Assembly: GCA_000165425.1 (NCBI GenBank)
Contig: CT868097.1
Location: forward strand, 378,867 to 442,866
DNA length: 64,000 nucleotides
From: Paramecium tetraurelia
Taxonomy: Eukaryota
Reading direction: 5' to 3'
The notes beneath the pieces were generated by a model. The model searched no databases and had not been told where the DNA came from. It was given only the letters and a program-made list of their open reading frames with translations. How positions within the stretch are numbered: the stretch's first letter is position 1; each line of letters starts with the position of its first letter. Made by a program: the position numbers and the translations under genes. Positions 26,666 through 39,026 of this stretch are shown piece after piece.

Positions 26666-28125
26666 ATGGATACACATCGCAATTACGAAAACTTAGATTA
26701 TGCCATAGGATTTGGCAATCATGTTGAAACAGAAGCATTAAAGGGAGCAGTGCCAAAAGGATAGAATAGTCCTCAAAAGTGTGCATACAATTTGATAGCC
26801 GAATAATTTTCAGGCACAGCCTTCACATTGACCAGAGCAAGCAACCAAAAGACCTGGCTATATAAAATTAGGCCCAGTGCTGCTCACAGTCCCTTCGTAG
26901 AAGCTCCTGAATTTGGAAAATATGTAAAAAACGATTTTATGAATGATCATGGAGTGACCATCACTCCTAATTAACTAAGGTAAATATCAAAAATATAAGT
27001 ATCAGATGGAAACGATTACCCCTACCCGAAAAACCTACTACATTTGCTGAAGGTTTGGTCACTGTTTGTGGAGCAGGTGATCCTTCCATTAAACAAGGAA
27101 TTGCAATATATTTATATGCTGCCAATAAGAGTATGACCAACTCTAGTATGTTTAACAGTGACGGAGACTTCCTAATAGGTATATATTCTCATTAAATCTA
27201 GTGCCTTGGGAAGGAGAAATGTTAATAACCACAGAAATGGGTAAATTGACTGTGAAACCAAGAGAAATCTGCGTCATCCCTCGTGGAATCAAGTTTAGTG
27301 TAGAAATGAATAAACCAATAAGAGGATACATATGTGAAGTCTTCAAAGGTCATTTCAAAATCCCAGATTTGGGACCTATTGGAGCAAATGGTTTAGCCAA
27401 TCCAAGAGATTTCTTGGTTCCAGTTGCTTTCTATGAGAATACTGAGGAAGAATTCCAAATCATCAATAAATATTTAGGAAAATTCTATAAATGTACAAAG
27501 AAAGGATCTCCTTATGATGTTGTTGGATGGCATGGAAATTATTACCCATACAAATATAATTTAGATCTTTTCAATGCTATGGGAACTGTTACTTTCGATC
27601 ATCCCGATCCATCTATATTCACAGTCATTACATGCTAAACTGATGAGCCAGGGTATGAATATATATATTGTTCAAAGAGTTGCTGTTTGTGACTTTGCTA
27701 TTTTTCCACCAAGATGGATGGTTGCAGAACACACCTTCAGACCACCCTATTATCATAGAAACATTATGAGCGAATACATGGGAAATATTTCTGGTTAATA
27801 TGATGCCAAAGAGGATGGTTTCTAACCTGGATATGGCTCATTACATAGTCTATTTTAAGGTCATGGTCCTGATCATGAATCATTTGAAAAATGGTCAAAT
27901 GTCGATTTACAAGTAATTATACTCAAATATTTCTATAGCCTATAAGATATCCATATGAAAATTTGGCATTTATGTTTGAAAGTACCTATATGTTGAAGAC
28001 ATGCTCCTTTGTCATGGATGATCAAGTCAGCTTGGATCATAACTATTTCCATGTAATTTATTTATCAATATTGATTTAAGTGTTGGGATAAATTGGCACA
28101 TAACAAATTAGGAGATAAACCTTGA
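26666..28125 (+). CDS. HGD: Homogentisate 1,2-dioxygenase
   Basis: [85 protein letters not shown]; five introns. Confidence 0.97.
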
Positions 28126-28451
28126 TAATTATAAATATATATATATCATTGATTATTCCAATTCAATATAATTTGCTTTATAGAAACAATCTTAGTTAAA
28201 TAAATCATATGATATCCACAATAAGTTTGGGTCATCTTCATTTTAAATTGATGAATCTTTAACTTCAATAAATCTTATGATGTACAAATTTATATTTGTT
28301 TTTATACTTTTGGAAATTCCTTAATAACTTAAACCATTACGCTTATACAGCTTACCCCCAAAAAACATTTATCATTTAAAAAGAATAAGAACATGTAGAA
28401 ATTGTAAATATCTATATTTATTTAGATCAATAATGATATAAATTCACATAT

Positions 28452-29319
28452 TCATTTATTTTTATTTTTCTTTTTCTTTTTTGACTATTTAGATTCTTAT
28501 TCAGCATTTTATTTTTCTTATTAATGGTGATTTTCTTTTTCAACTATTCCATTGGGTTGTTAAGTAGTAATCTATTGCTATTACTATTGTTATTATTATT
28601 GTAACTATGGAGATGGTTATTAGATTTGTCTATCATCTCTTACTTTGAATCCATAAAGAGTGGGTTGGAAGGGTGTAAATAGTTCAGTACCCAATTGGAT
28701 AGTGAATTTTGGATGGATATCAGGATAAGTCTAAAGATAAATAATGAAATGTACCATCAAGAGCAACATTGGGAAACTGCGACCAAAATATGCTCCATCA
28801 AAGTCAGCTTAACTTTTGCGTGGGGCATATGCTTCTTTACATCTTGGACAATATACTTTAATTCTGCTAGTTTTGAGACTCTCACTCAAACCAATGGGAA
28901 TGGTATTTTGTTTATCACAAAGGACTCTGGGACAATGACCAAATCTCCCATTCAAAAATCTCTCTCTCATAATTGCTAACCCTTTTGGAGTTTAGATAAA
29001 AGCCTAATGTAGTAATCCATAGATATCGCTGGCTTCAGTATATAATTCAAGGAATCTATGGTGTGGTGTGATAAATACTTGTCATTTTCTAGATCCAAAG
29101 TATCTGGCTATTCTGAGGACAGGATCATTTATAGAGCTTATTAAAAGAGATTGAATTGTTTAATGAGGTGGCCATAATTGTTTGGATCTTGAACGAATTC
29201 GGAATCCACTTCAGTCAGATATTGATTTTATGGCAGTTGACAAAACCATTCAATCCACCCGCCTGGATGTTCGGAATATTGTGATTCCTCTATTATAGAT
29301 ATTGAGTGATACCTGACAT
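28452..29319 (-). CDS. CKB: Casein kinase II regulatory (beta) subunit, copy 2
   Basis: WIEWFCQLPQNQYLTEVDSEFVQD, IYGLLHQAFIQTPKG, FGHCPRVLC, KVYCPRCKEAY, DFDGAYFG; one 5' intron. Confidence 0.92.
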
Positions 29320-29488
29320 TTGAAATTCAAAAAAATTAATATTATAATCACATAACAAAAAGGGCTTTCAATTATTGAATTGAGGAGAGTGATCAAATAA
29401 AATGGAGATAATTGCACTTCTAGTTCACAGATGAAAATCCAGCATGAAATGAGAAATCAGAATATTTTATATATATAATAATTATTTA

Positions 29489-31041
29489 ATGATTTTAAGC
29501 GGATTGGTGATTACACTCAACACTTTAACTCAAAATTACCTCATTTTTAAAGATCAAATACTGAATCCTGAATTTTAAATAGGAAATTACGACGTCAACA
29601 GTTGTGGAGTACCCTAATTGCAACAAGTATATAATGACAATCCAAAATCAAATAACTTATTTATACAGGAGTTAGTGATTCGTGCAAATTAATAATTCAA
29701 GTTGGAATATTCGGTCGAGAATATTATTGATAATGATTTTGCTTTGAATTAAAGTATGAATTGACACAAATAACAATATTAGGTGGAATGATCAATTTAA
29801 CTCTCTCGAACGAATAAGTTATTTACATTACACATGAATGTCCAGAAGATCTCGAGAATTACAATTTCTGGGGTCTCATAAGAGTAGATCTATCAATAAA
29901 TGATGAATCGATGAAAATATACTATGAGAGTATATGTAGCAAACAATATGAACCAAAAAAGTACTTTACATCAACAACAGTTAAGATTTGATTTCAGCTA
30001 TTTGATAATAGTAATCTCAGGCGTTTTATTTGTGTTTCTAACATCCAGATTTGGTCACATTGCATCGTTATAGAAGGCAAATAAAAAGTTTCAAGGAGTT
30101 TTAATCAACTACTGGTATTTCATAGTGTTCATCTTTACGTTATTTGCCTTGGTGGGATTCAGTTATATAAATGTGGATGTGGAAGTCTACATTTTAGCTT
30201 GCATATCTTATTTATCTAACATATTTTTTTTGATAGACACTTGCTGCTTTTTAAAAATTCATTATTGGAACCATTTGCAAGATATTTTATTTTATATAAT
30301 AGGATGGTTTTTGGGTAGCATCCCAATGATCACTTTTTTTGTTTTTGGATTTAGTTGGATTGTCAATGATGTGATATTTGTACTCAATTTGGGAACTTTT
30401 TTTAAGCTCTTTAAGGTAAAATCATTCAAGGATTGCATAACTATTTATGTGCCATTTCTGTTATTTTATTGTCTTCTAAATTATGCAGTCTATCTCAAAT
30501 GGGAATATGGATATAAAGTATCCCTCATCCTTAATTTAACTTAATTCTTCTCTCTGCAAGCTCCAATGTTCAACTATATTCCAACAAGAAAATGTGCATT
30601 CATTGAAATTAATACTCTGTTCCTGCCTGGCTTAATGATAGCTTATACTGTGAGATACGCAAAAGCATCACAATCCTACGTTTATTTTATCATTTATTTT
30701 TTGGGTTTATTCTTGGGATTAATTGGTTGGCTGTCTATCACTTTCCTTAACAGTAAATATTAAATAACAAGGTATAGGATTATTCTAATAATATTAGTTT
30801 ATTATTCACAGTGATTCCCAGTTCAATACTAGCAGCAATACTCTGCTATTATAGAAATGAGTTATCAGTCTTTTACAAAGGATAATTTTATGATCAAATT
30901 CTTGAAGATCCATTTGTTGCATCTAAAAGTATTAAGGCTTCCCAATAAACGAATACTGAATTAATCAATCAGAGCAATCAGAGCAATCAAGAATTACCTG
31001 TTATAAACCCTGCATTATTTTCAGGATTGTATGAATTATGA
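29489..31041 (+). CDS. Signal-peptide-peptidase-like (A22B) multi-pass membrane protein, catalytic motifs absent
   Basis: Lumenal N-terminal domain, ~9 hydrophobic helices, WIVNDVI...KVKSFK, LFLPGLMIAYTVRY, C-terminal RNELSVFYKG. YD, GxGD and PAL motifs are replaced. Confidence 0.7.
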
Positions 31042-31115
31042 TGCAAATATATTGTAAATCTTAATGGTTTATAAATAATTTAAATATCCTTTTTAACATA
31101 AAACATAAAAATTAT

Positions 31116-32754
31116 TCAATAAGGATTTTATTTACTGCTAAAATCTTATGATTTTAAATTATAAATAGTATTGTATCTAAATTCTTCTAGCTGTTTAATT
31201 TGCATTTATTGATCTTAATTCATTTTCCGTAAAAACTATATGTCCTAATCCATTTGTTGTATTTACTCATTCATTCTTTTGTTCAAATTTTCAGTATTCT
31301 GCAAACTCATTAATTAAGAATGAAATCTTTATGCATCATTTTTATATTAGTTACATTCATTATTTTTTACCAACAAAAGACTGTTTAATCGTTTGACTTC
31401 TTCAGTCAATTATTTGGTCTAATGATCTTGTTCTTTATTCTTCCATTGTACTAATTTTATGGAATATAAGATTACATTCATTTAATTATCTATTTTATAA
31501 TGTTAAATGCTCTAACTACCCTTTTAGCAGATTATTATCAGTAATTAATTATTCGATATCTTTTCTTTACAATTCTAGTTTTTTAAGTGAAGCATCATAA
31601 TTTTATTAAACAATTTTCATATTATTTTCACACATTCCTAAATGATATTTTAGAGTTCCTATTTCTTGTTCTCTAGTATCTACTGCAGTAACAAACTTTT
31701 ATAGACCATCATTTCTAGATCGTAATTATACAATTTCCAATTCCAATTATGATATGTTATCTTTCAATTTTTGGTTTTCTTCATATGATGACTATTATTA
31801 TTATTGCAATTTAGCAAATTAAGACCTTAAACTTCTATGGTCAAAGTTGAGTTGATCTAATAATTACTTCATACTAATATTATCATTAAGTAATAATTGA
31901 TTGTCCTTTTCTTATTATGCCAATTATTTTCTTAATTACTCGTTTTCAGTTACTTATTAGTCATATTACTAACTTACTCTTTTATTTTCGTCCTAAACAC
32001 TCAATAACTTATTAAACTGTTTATTTAATGCATCATGATCTGACTTTAATTATAAAGTTTATCTTAATAATTCCTTATACTGCATCTCAAAGGCCTTATA
32101 AGTTGCTATTTCTTTTCTGACCTACTCTACCTCATCAGCCACTTTCTATAACTCTCCATTTTAAGCCTTAAGCTAGCCTAATTAAGTTTATAACTCAGTC
32201 ACTTATCGTTTCATTGCTTGATTTTAAGCATCAGCCTCTTTAACGTGATCTGCAATAATTTTCAACTCATCTGCTCTCTCTCTAAGAGCTGCGTTTTCAC
32301 TTTTTAATGCTCCAGCATTCATTATTTCTCGAGTTTAATTTATCAATTAGGCTCTTAATTCTTAATTTTCCAATTGTAAACCTTTCAATTATTGCAAAAT
32401 TTGAATCTAGTTTTAATTTGATACATTGGATTGCTATTGTGGAATATTAGATTAGCTTGCAATTTGCTGCTATGTATTAATCATTGTGCTTTTAATAGGT
32501 GCACTTTATAATGGGATTTCACTCTATGGAAACATACTTCTCTCAAATGGAGCATCTTTCTATGGTTTTTCTTACTTTTCTTTATAAATTGGTTAACTTG
32601 CTATCACATCAGTTGGAGCTTAAACTGGAGGAGATACTTGAGATTATTTAACCATTTCTGATTAGGGTCTCAGCATTGGAGCAGAATTAGGGATGCTCTT
32701 TTATGTGAGATAATCTCCCTTAGATATAGTATTATATTGTAAGGCTTTACTCAT
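31116..32754 (-). CDS. Coiled-coil protein with Pro/Gln-rich N-terminus
   Basis: Open in code 6 from MSKALQYN; extended E/Q/K heptads; ends SSKQNPY-TGA. Confidence 0.8.
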
Positions 32755-33090
32755 AAATAATAAATAAAATTAATTGGTAATTATAAAATACTTATACTTA
32801 GAACTTGTTAAAATAGAGGATCTGTAAGAATGTGATAAACATTTTATTTTCCCGCTGCAATAATTTACGATGTGAAACATATGTGGACATGGATAAAAAC
32901 TCAAAGAATTTTCATACTTAATTTAACTGGCATAACAAGAGGGAATGGTAAATTTAGTAATAATGATAAGTAAGAGTATTGGTTTTATAGAGTTGATTCA
33001 AAGAATAATATTTTTTATTATAACTATAATGATAATTTTTTAGTTGTTATTTATTAAATAAATAATTTATAGAAATTTTGAATATTAATA

Positions 33091-34223
33091 ATGGAAACTG
33101 ACATAAACATTCCAAAAACAAAAGCTGTTAATGTTTTCTTTTAGTTTGCTAGAATGCAATTCTACTTAACTGTTTTTTCTAATTTGTTACCTATTATAAT
33201 AAGTTAGACAAATTAAGTTTGTTCAAGTAAGTCAAATATTATTCATAAGATGAGGGAATAAAATTGATTGCTTTAAGTTACAAGGGTGACATAGTTCTTT
33301 TAATTCTAAATTTAATATCGCTTCTATTTATATGGCTTAAAGAACCATTTGCAAGGTATTGTATTAATTAATGCACCAGACTTGAATTTTTTGTAATGTA
33401 TGCAATTAACATCTGTTGGAGTGGGATTATGATTGGTTAGACATATTTAGATGTAACGACATAGCCAAATGAATGTGAAGGTGTTATCCTATCACAAAAA
33501 TTGATTCTGTTTTTCCACCTGAAAACCCATCTAGAAGTATTAGTGAATACATGATTAATAGGTTTTATTCACCTTATTTTCTCCAATATTGTTTGCTTTC
33601 AGAATCACAAATTTACCAAATTCATTTTATGCAATTTATCTAATATTGACAGCAAATTAATAATAATAATTGTGTTCAAGAGACATCCCTAATATTGAGT
33701 TTGGATTGATATTTGTAGCATTAATTTCTTGTTTAATTGGGTTACCTCTAAATATTGGATTGTTTTGCACAAAAAAAGTGACTATTCCAAATTTGTTTCG
33801 ATTTTTACTAATGTTGACAATAATAGGTTAGAGTGGACTTATAGGTTTAAAAATTATTTATAATGATTAGCCCTTATTTATCAGGCTGATGCTGATCTTA
33901 GATCTGAATGCAGTCCAACTCATTTGCTGTTTAGGTCTTATTTCTATATTATTCCGATTACTATTTTGAGTGCTTTAAGCTTATTGTTCTCAATGCCAGT
34001 CCAGGATCATGATGAAATAAGATAACTACTAATTCAGGCTAGATTGAAACCTTTAAAAGCATAATTACCTGTTTAATAGGATTTTACTAAACCATAAGTC
34101 TAATAATAATAATAGGAGGAAATCTTAAATAGATCTGCAATAGATGGAGGAAAATCCCAAATTGGGGCTAAGTCCTAAGTTGGAGCTAAATCATAATATG
34201 GAACTATAAGTAGAAGAGGATGA
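33091..34223 (+). CDS. Uncharacterised multi-pass membrane protein (~8 TM)
   Basis: Four introns; repeated hydrophobic helices with Cys-containing loops; C-terminal GKSQIG-AKSQVG-AKSQYG repeat. Confidence 0.75.
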
Positions 34224-34246
34224 ATATAGAATATATTTTATAATAA

Positions 34247-34861
34247 TCATGCTCTAAAGTAGTTGTATTGATTTCTAGACGTTTTATTTTTTTCAGTTTA
34301 TAAAATCCTTGCAAATTTTTCAGAGATCATATGTTTAACCTCGTGATGTATTGCTTCGTTTTCTAATTCTAGGCCAAAGGTTTTAAGTCTTTATTTGACA
34401 TAATTGAGATTTTGAATGTCTTCAAGCATAATTTCGCCAGTTCCATCACCTTTGTTGTTGATTTTGTTATAGTTTTATCTACAATAAACGATTCCAACCC
34501 CTTGATGTCTCAGAGTTCTTTTAAGTTATATTTCATTAAATTTTTCACTGAGTCCTTTTACTTTGATTTGTTGAGGTTTTGAAGAGGGTGTTAGGGATCG
34601 TTTAGATTATAAATTAATCAATTCTGTTTTTTCAGGATATAACCTTAATGGCGATGCTTGAGTATTATTCTCTAATCTGAAAGTGTTAGTAAAATTGAAT
34701 TAAGATTATAAAGGATGTCTATTTGGAGTTGCTTACTTATTTTTTTAATATATTTGATAAATGTTTGTATTGGTTATTTTCTTTGAGGCTGAAAGATCTG
34801 GCTCAATAGGAAATAAGAATTCTTTTGGATGATCGATAGTGCTAATAGATCGTAATTTCAT
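34247..34861 (-). CDS. Hypothetical protein with RRM-like segment
   Basis: IKVKGLSEKFNEIQLKRTLRHQGVGIV...KGDGTGEIML resembles RNP2/RNP1 spacing. Confidence 0.65.
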
Positions 34862-35502
34862 TTATTAACAGATAAATTATGTTTAATATTGATTTGTGAA
34901 AATGGAGAATAAGAAGGATAAAATAGATGAAGTATAATTTCAAAGAAATAACGACTTTATAATATGAAGTATGATTACAACAATATAAGAAGCTTATCTA
35001 AAAAGTAATATATCCGAAGGATATCTTTGTATCCATAATTTAATAATATTATTTGAGTATAGAAATATCAACTTTTTGAGTAATCATAGGAGCACTGTAA
35101 GGTGGGTATTCTGCTAATGTTTATTGTTGTGAATGAATTTTCAAAATATTCCTATGTAACTGAAATATCAAATAGAACTTATCTACCTTTTAAATTATCT
35201 ATCTTTAAACATAGTCACTACGATTCAGAAAATTTTTGATAAAATTAAGTTTGAAAAAATATCAGATATGAACTTCAATATATGCATGATACCATTAAAA
35301 AAATGGTTCATATTTATAATTAGTCATTCTATAAGATACTAATATAATGTGATTAGAAATATAGAAAAAATAATAAAAAACTATATTTATCCTACCAACT
35401 GATTTTATAAATGGATATCAGTTAGCATTCTTTTGGGTGATAAATATTAAAATAATCATTGCAATTAGATTTATAAAATATTTAAAAAATAATAAGAGTA
35501 AA

Positions 35503-36531
35503 TCAATACTAATGGCTGTTGTTATAAGCTTCGTATGTATTTCTTTGTAGTGCTAGAGAGTTATTTTCTGTTATTTAACATCTTGCACGAAAAATTACAA
35601 AGTTATCCTCATCATCCTGTTTTATTTTCATTAGATAAACATCTTCTCCCATTTCAAAGTTGTGATCTCGACTAGCTGGCACATGATCCGTTTCATCATT
35701 TACAAAATATATATTATCAGCATTTTCTGCTTTGACGATATTTAAAAAGTTTTAGCACTCCTTGTCTTTGCCGGTGCAATTATAAAATAGAGTTTAATTT
35801 TAAAAGGTATGAGCAGGAATAACAAAATTGGATTCATCACTAAATAATGCAGTTTGATTTCTTTAGGAGTATTTTGGAGCTAAAAAATCATACCTCTAAT
35901 TTGAGAGTTATGATAAAGCAATAGGTTTTGGGTTGTATTGATAATCATTATTTATTATTGACAATATACAAGTTATAGCTAAAAGAGAAAGTAATCCATA
36001 GTTCATCATCTTTGATTTTGTTATTACATTTGCTCTAGATATTTACTCTATTTCTTCTTCTCCTTGTACACTCTGAGTACTATTAATGGGTTAACTAAGA
36101 TTATTAATTATGATTTACTTGTTTTCTTCTAAATATCGGACTCTTAATCTTAAATGATTGTTTTCTATTTGTAATGATTCAATTTATTCATCTTTCTTCT
36201 TTAAAAGTATAGAGTAATTCTTGTTTTCTTGAACTAGATTGTCAAATACGATTTTTTTCTTATCTCTTGACAACTGAGCAGAATTTCTGTTTCTTAATTT
36301 TCTTAATTCTTCTTTGGACATCGTTTAAATGGCTTCAGCCTTCATTTTTTATTTTTTTTCGATTCTTTTTTTGAGTATCCTTTATTTCCTTTCCTCCTTG
36401 AACTTTTATTCCAAATCTTCAGTTGATTTGCTATGTTCTGGTGTAGGAAGATTATTAAAAATGTTGGATTGGAACAAAAGATCATCACATTCCATAGGTA
36501 TATCGTATTCTTCTGAATCAATAAAATTCAT
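35503..36531 (-). CDS. Membrane-tethered bZIP transcription factor (ATF6/CREB3/bZIP28-like architecture)
   Basis: Basic region RKLRNRNSAQLSRDKKK plus leucine zipper; TM YGLLSLLAITCILSII; C-terminal domain with NQT, NQT, NCT and NNS sequons; one intron. Confidence 0.85.
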
Positions 36532-36637
36532 TAATATACTGCTAATATCCGATTAATTATTTAAAAACAGAGAGAAAACATAATAATTTATTAATAAGTC
36601 TTATGACGTGGAGACAAGTAAATTAATTTTATAGTGT

Positions 36638-37208
36638 TCATATTAATATAGATTTCACACTGTAATGAGTGGAATTGGATTTTCCAATTTTAGAGAGTCT
36701 CTTAAATTATTACATAATACTCTTTCTCTAGAATTCACTATCAATCAATTTATTTATAACTAAATTAGGTCTTAAATTGTAAATGTTGCATAGATTTTCC
36801 TTTTCTGTATTTGTCTAGGGACTTGTTATTAATTTATCAATTTTGTATTTGGATTCGACAAATTGCTTTCGCTAAAATATTGATTTAATTCCTTCATAAG
36901 AACTATGTCTAGACGAAAGTGATTAGATTTTAATCTCATGATTGTGCAGTATCAATTGTCTTTAACAAGGCCTGAAGTTGGCTTCTGCTTATTTCTAACA
37001 GGAGGATAAAATTGTATTCTTTCTATTTCAAAGTTATTGCAAATTACTTTCTGAGTTAAAGAGCAAGTCTTTCCATCTTTTTTCTTTCGTGCTCTCTTAT
37101 CTTGTCCAACTGATGTTATTTCACAAAAGTATTTGGATATAGAACATTGAGAGTCTTAAGTTTTTAACCATCCCCTTCATTGAAACTGTGTCGTCTAGCT
37201 TTGTTCAT
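36638..37208 (-). CDS. Hypothetical basic protein
   Basis: MNKARRHSFNEG...; one 25-nt intron restores a long open frame. Confidence 0.6.
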
Positions 37209-37237
37209 TTATTAAATTTAACTGAAACATATTAATT

Positions 37238-38949
37238 ATGGGAACCTCACAATCAACAATGATCTTGGGTTAGCCTCTTAAGTAAACCAAAGTGGGAACA
37301 CACTACCCTGGAGGCATTTTGGAGAGAAAAATATAGTTAACAGATGAGCAAGTCACCACACTGACCAATTTTATTAGACTCAAAGAGAAGAATATGAGAC
37401 AACCAATTTTCCTTAAAATTCATGCTCTATAGAAGGATGACTCTGGAATCTTTTGCAATTCCAATAATACAATTAAAATCTATACCCAATTTAGTGAGAT
37501 TGACTTATCAAATGAAATACGAAGACGACGTATCGCCTCTCAACATTTTACCAACCAAGAATTGGTGTACAACTTAAAACTATTAATTGAAGCCATGGCA
37601 ATCTATCAAAGCTTTAACATTCATTATAACTTGTCCTCAAACACTTTACTTTTTGATACAATCATCAAAATCATGGATCCATACATATTCGATCTTAAGT
37701 CACCCCAATTACCGCATTACAAAGATCAATCTGGTTCTGTATTTTCCTCATGGCCAATAGGTATTATCCTATTGGAAATGATCACACTCAATTTACAGAC
37801 AAACCTAGTTAACATGGATGGAACTTTAAACACCTACCTATTTAGCAATTTATTAGAATAAATTGATGAACCTTATCTGAAACAATGTCTACTCTACATC
37901 TTTGGAGGAATCCAAAGACCTGATTACATACAATTACGAGATGAATTAAATGGATAAATTATAAGATTACTGCCAGCCTTCCAAATGCAACCAGAAAATA
38001 TGCAGCATCCTACTAATTTCTCTATTCAAGAATAATCTAAATATTATGAAGCTATCTCTTAACAATAACAAATAATCAAAACACAATCTAACCAACCACT
38101 TCCACTCATTCCATTAGCTCAATCTAATTTAATTATCAATTCAAATAACATATCTTAAAAAAAAGAGAATATCACTCCCATTTCTACTACCAGATCTAAT
38201 AATTAAAGTGTCTTACAAGAAAAGATAGAATAAATCAGAGCCACCTATTTCAATCACAAAAATTAATAATAACCTTCATAAATGTATTTGTATCGCAAAA
38301 GTCCTGAAAAACAATCAGAAACCTCCTCTACAGGATCCGAAGATCTCAAATCCTTCTCCAACGGATTACAAATTGATCTATAATCGGATCCATTCTGCAG
38401 AGAGAGAGAATCTGATGTTAACACCTTATCTAAACAATTTAACTTCCAAAATGAAGAATATATCTGTGAAACCTATCTAGATGGCTCTATTTATGAAGGA
38501 TTTAAAAAGAATCAAAAAAAGAATGGATAAGGAAGTCTGTATTATAGTGATGGAGGCTTTTACATAGGATAATGGCAAAATGATGTGATGAATGGATATG
38601 GTTCATTATATTATCCTTCAGGCAAACTAGCATATCAAGGATGTTGGGTCAATGGAAAGTTTCAAGGCAAAGGAATGCTATTTAATGAAAATCCCAAAGA
38701 CTGTCAAGATATTAATTTTGAAGATTTTGACTCTATTAGTGATTGCTGGATCAGCTATTCAGGAGATTTTGTCCTTGATAAGAAATAGGGTAAAGGTGTA
38801 TTAATTTTCACCAATGGAGACAGGTATACTATAAAATTTATCTTAGATTTGAAGGCCAATTTAAAGATAATATGATCAATGGTCCAGGCACATTTAAATC
38901 AGGCAACAAAGTAATTTCTAGCATTTGGTCAAAAAATATGATTATGTGA
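37238..38949 (+). CDS. Predicted N-myristoylated pseudokinase with C-terminal MORN repeats
   Basis: MGTSQS start; kinase-like C-lobe IHYNLSSNTLLF/IKIMDP/WPIGIILLEMITL; MORN repeats YEGFKKNQKKNGQG, YIGQWQNDVMNGYG, YQGCWVNGKFQGKG. Confidence 0.85.
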
Positions 38950-39026
38950 CTTCTAACATCAAATAGTTTATAAAATAAATTTAATAAATTATTGATAAGA
39001 TATAGATTAAAATAACAAAGAAATTA

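Noticed and set aside
28146..28394. Short minus-strand ORFs between HGD and CK2-beta copy 2
   Set aside because: About 80 codons with no recognisable homology; ORFs of this length arise easily when TGA is the only stop.
30967..30990. AATCAGAGC tandem repeat
   Set aside because: Simple coding repeat (NQSNQSNQ) in a low-complexity tail.
33091..34223. Bax-inhibitor/TMBIM assignment for the membrane protein
   Set aside because: After splicing, the apparent YDTQ-like match lies in an intron and the di-aspartyl motif is absent.
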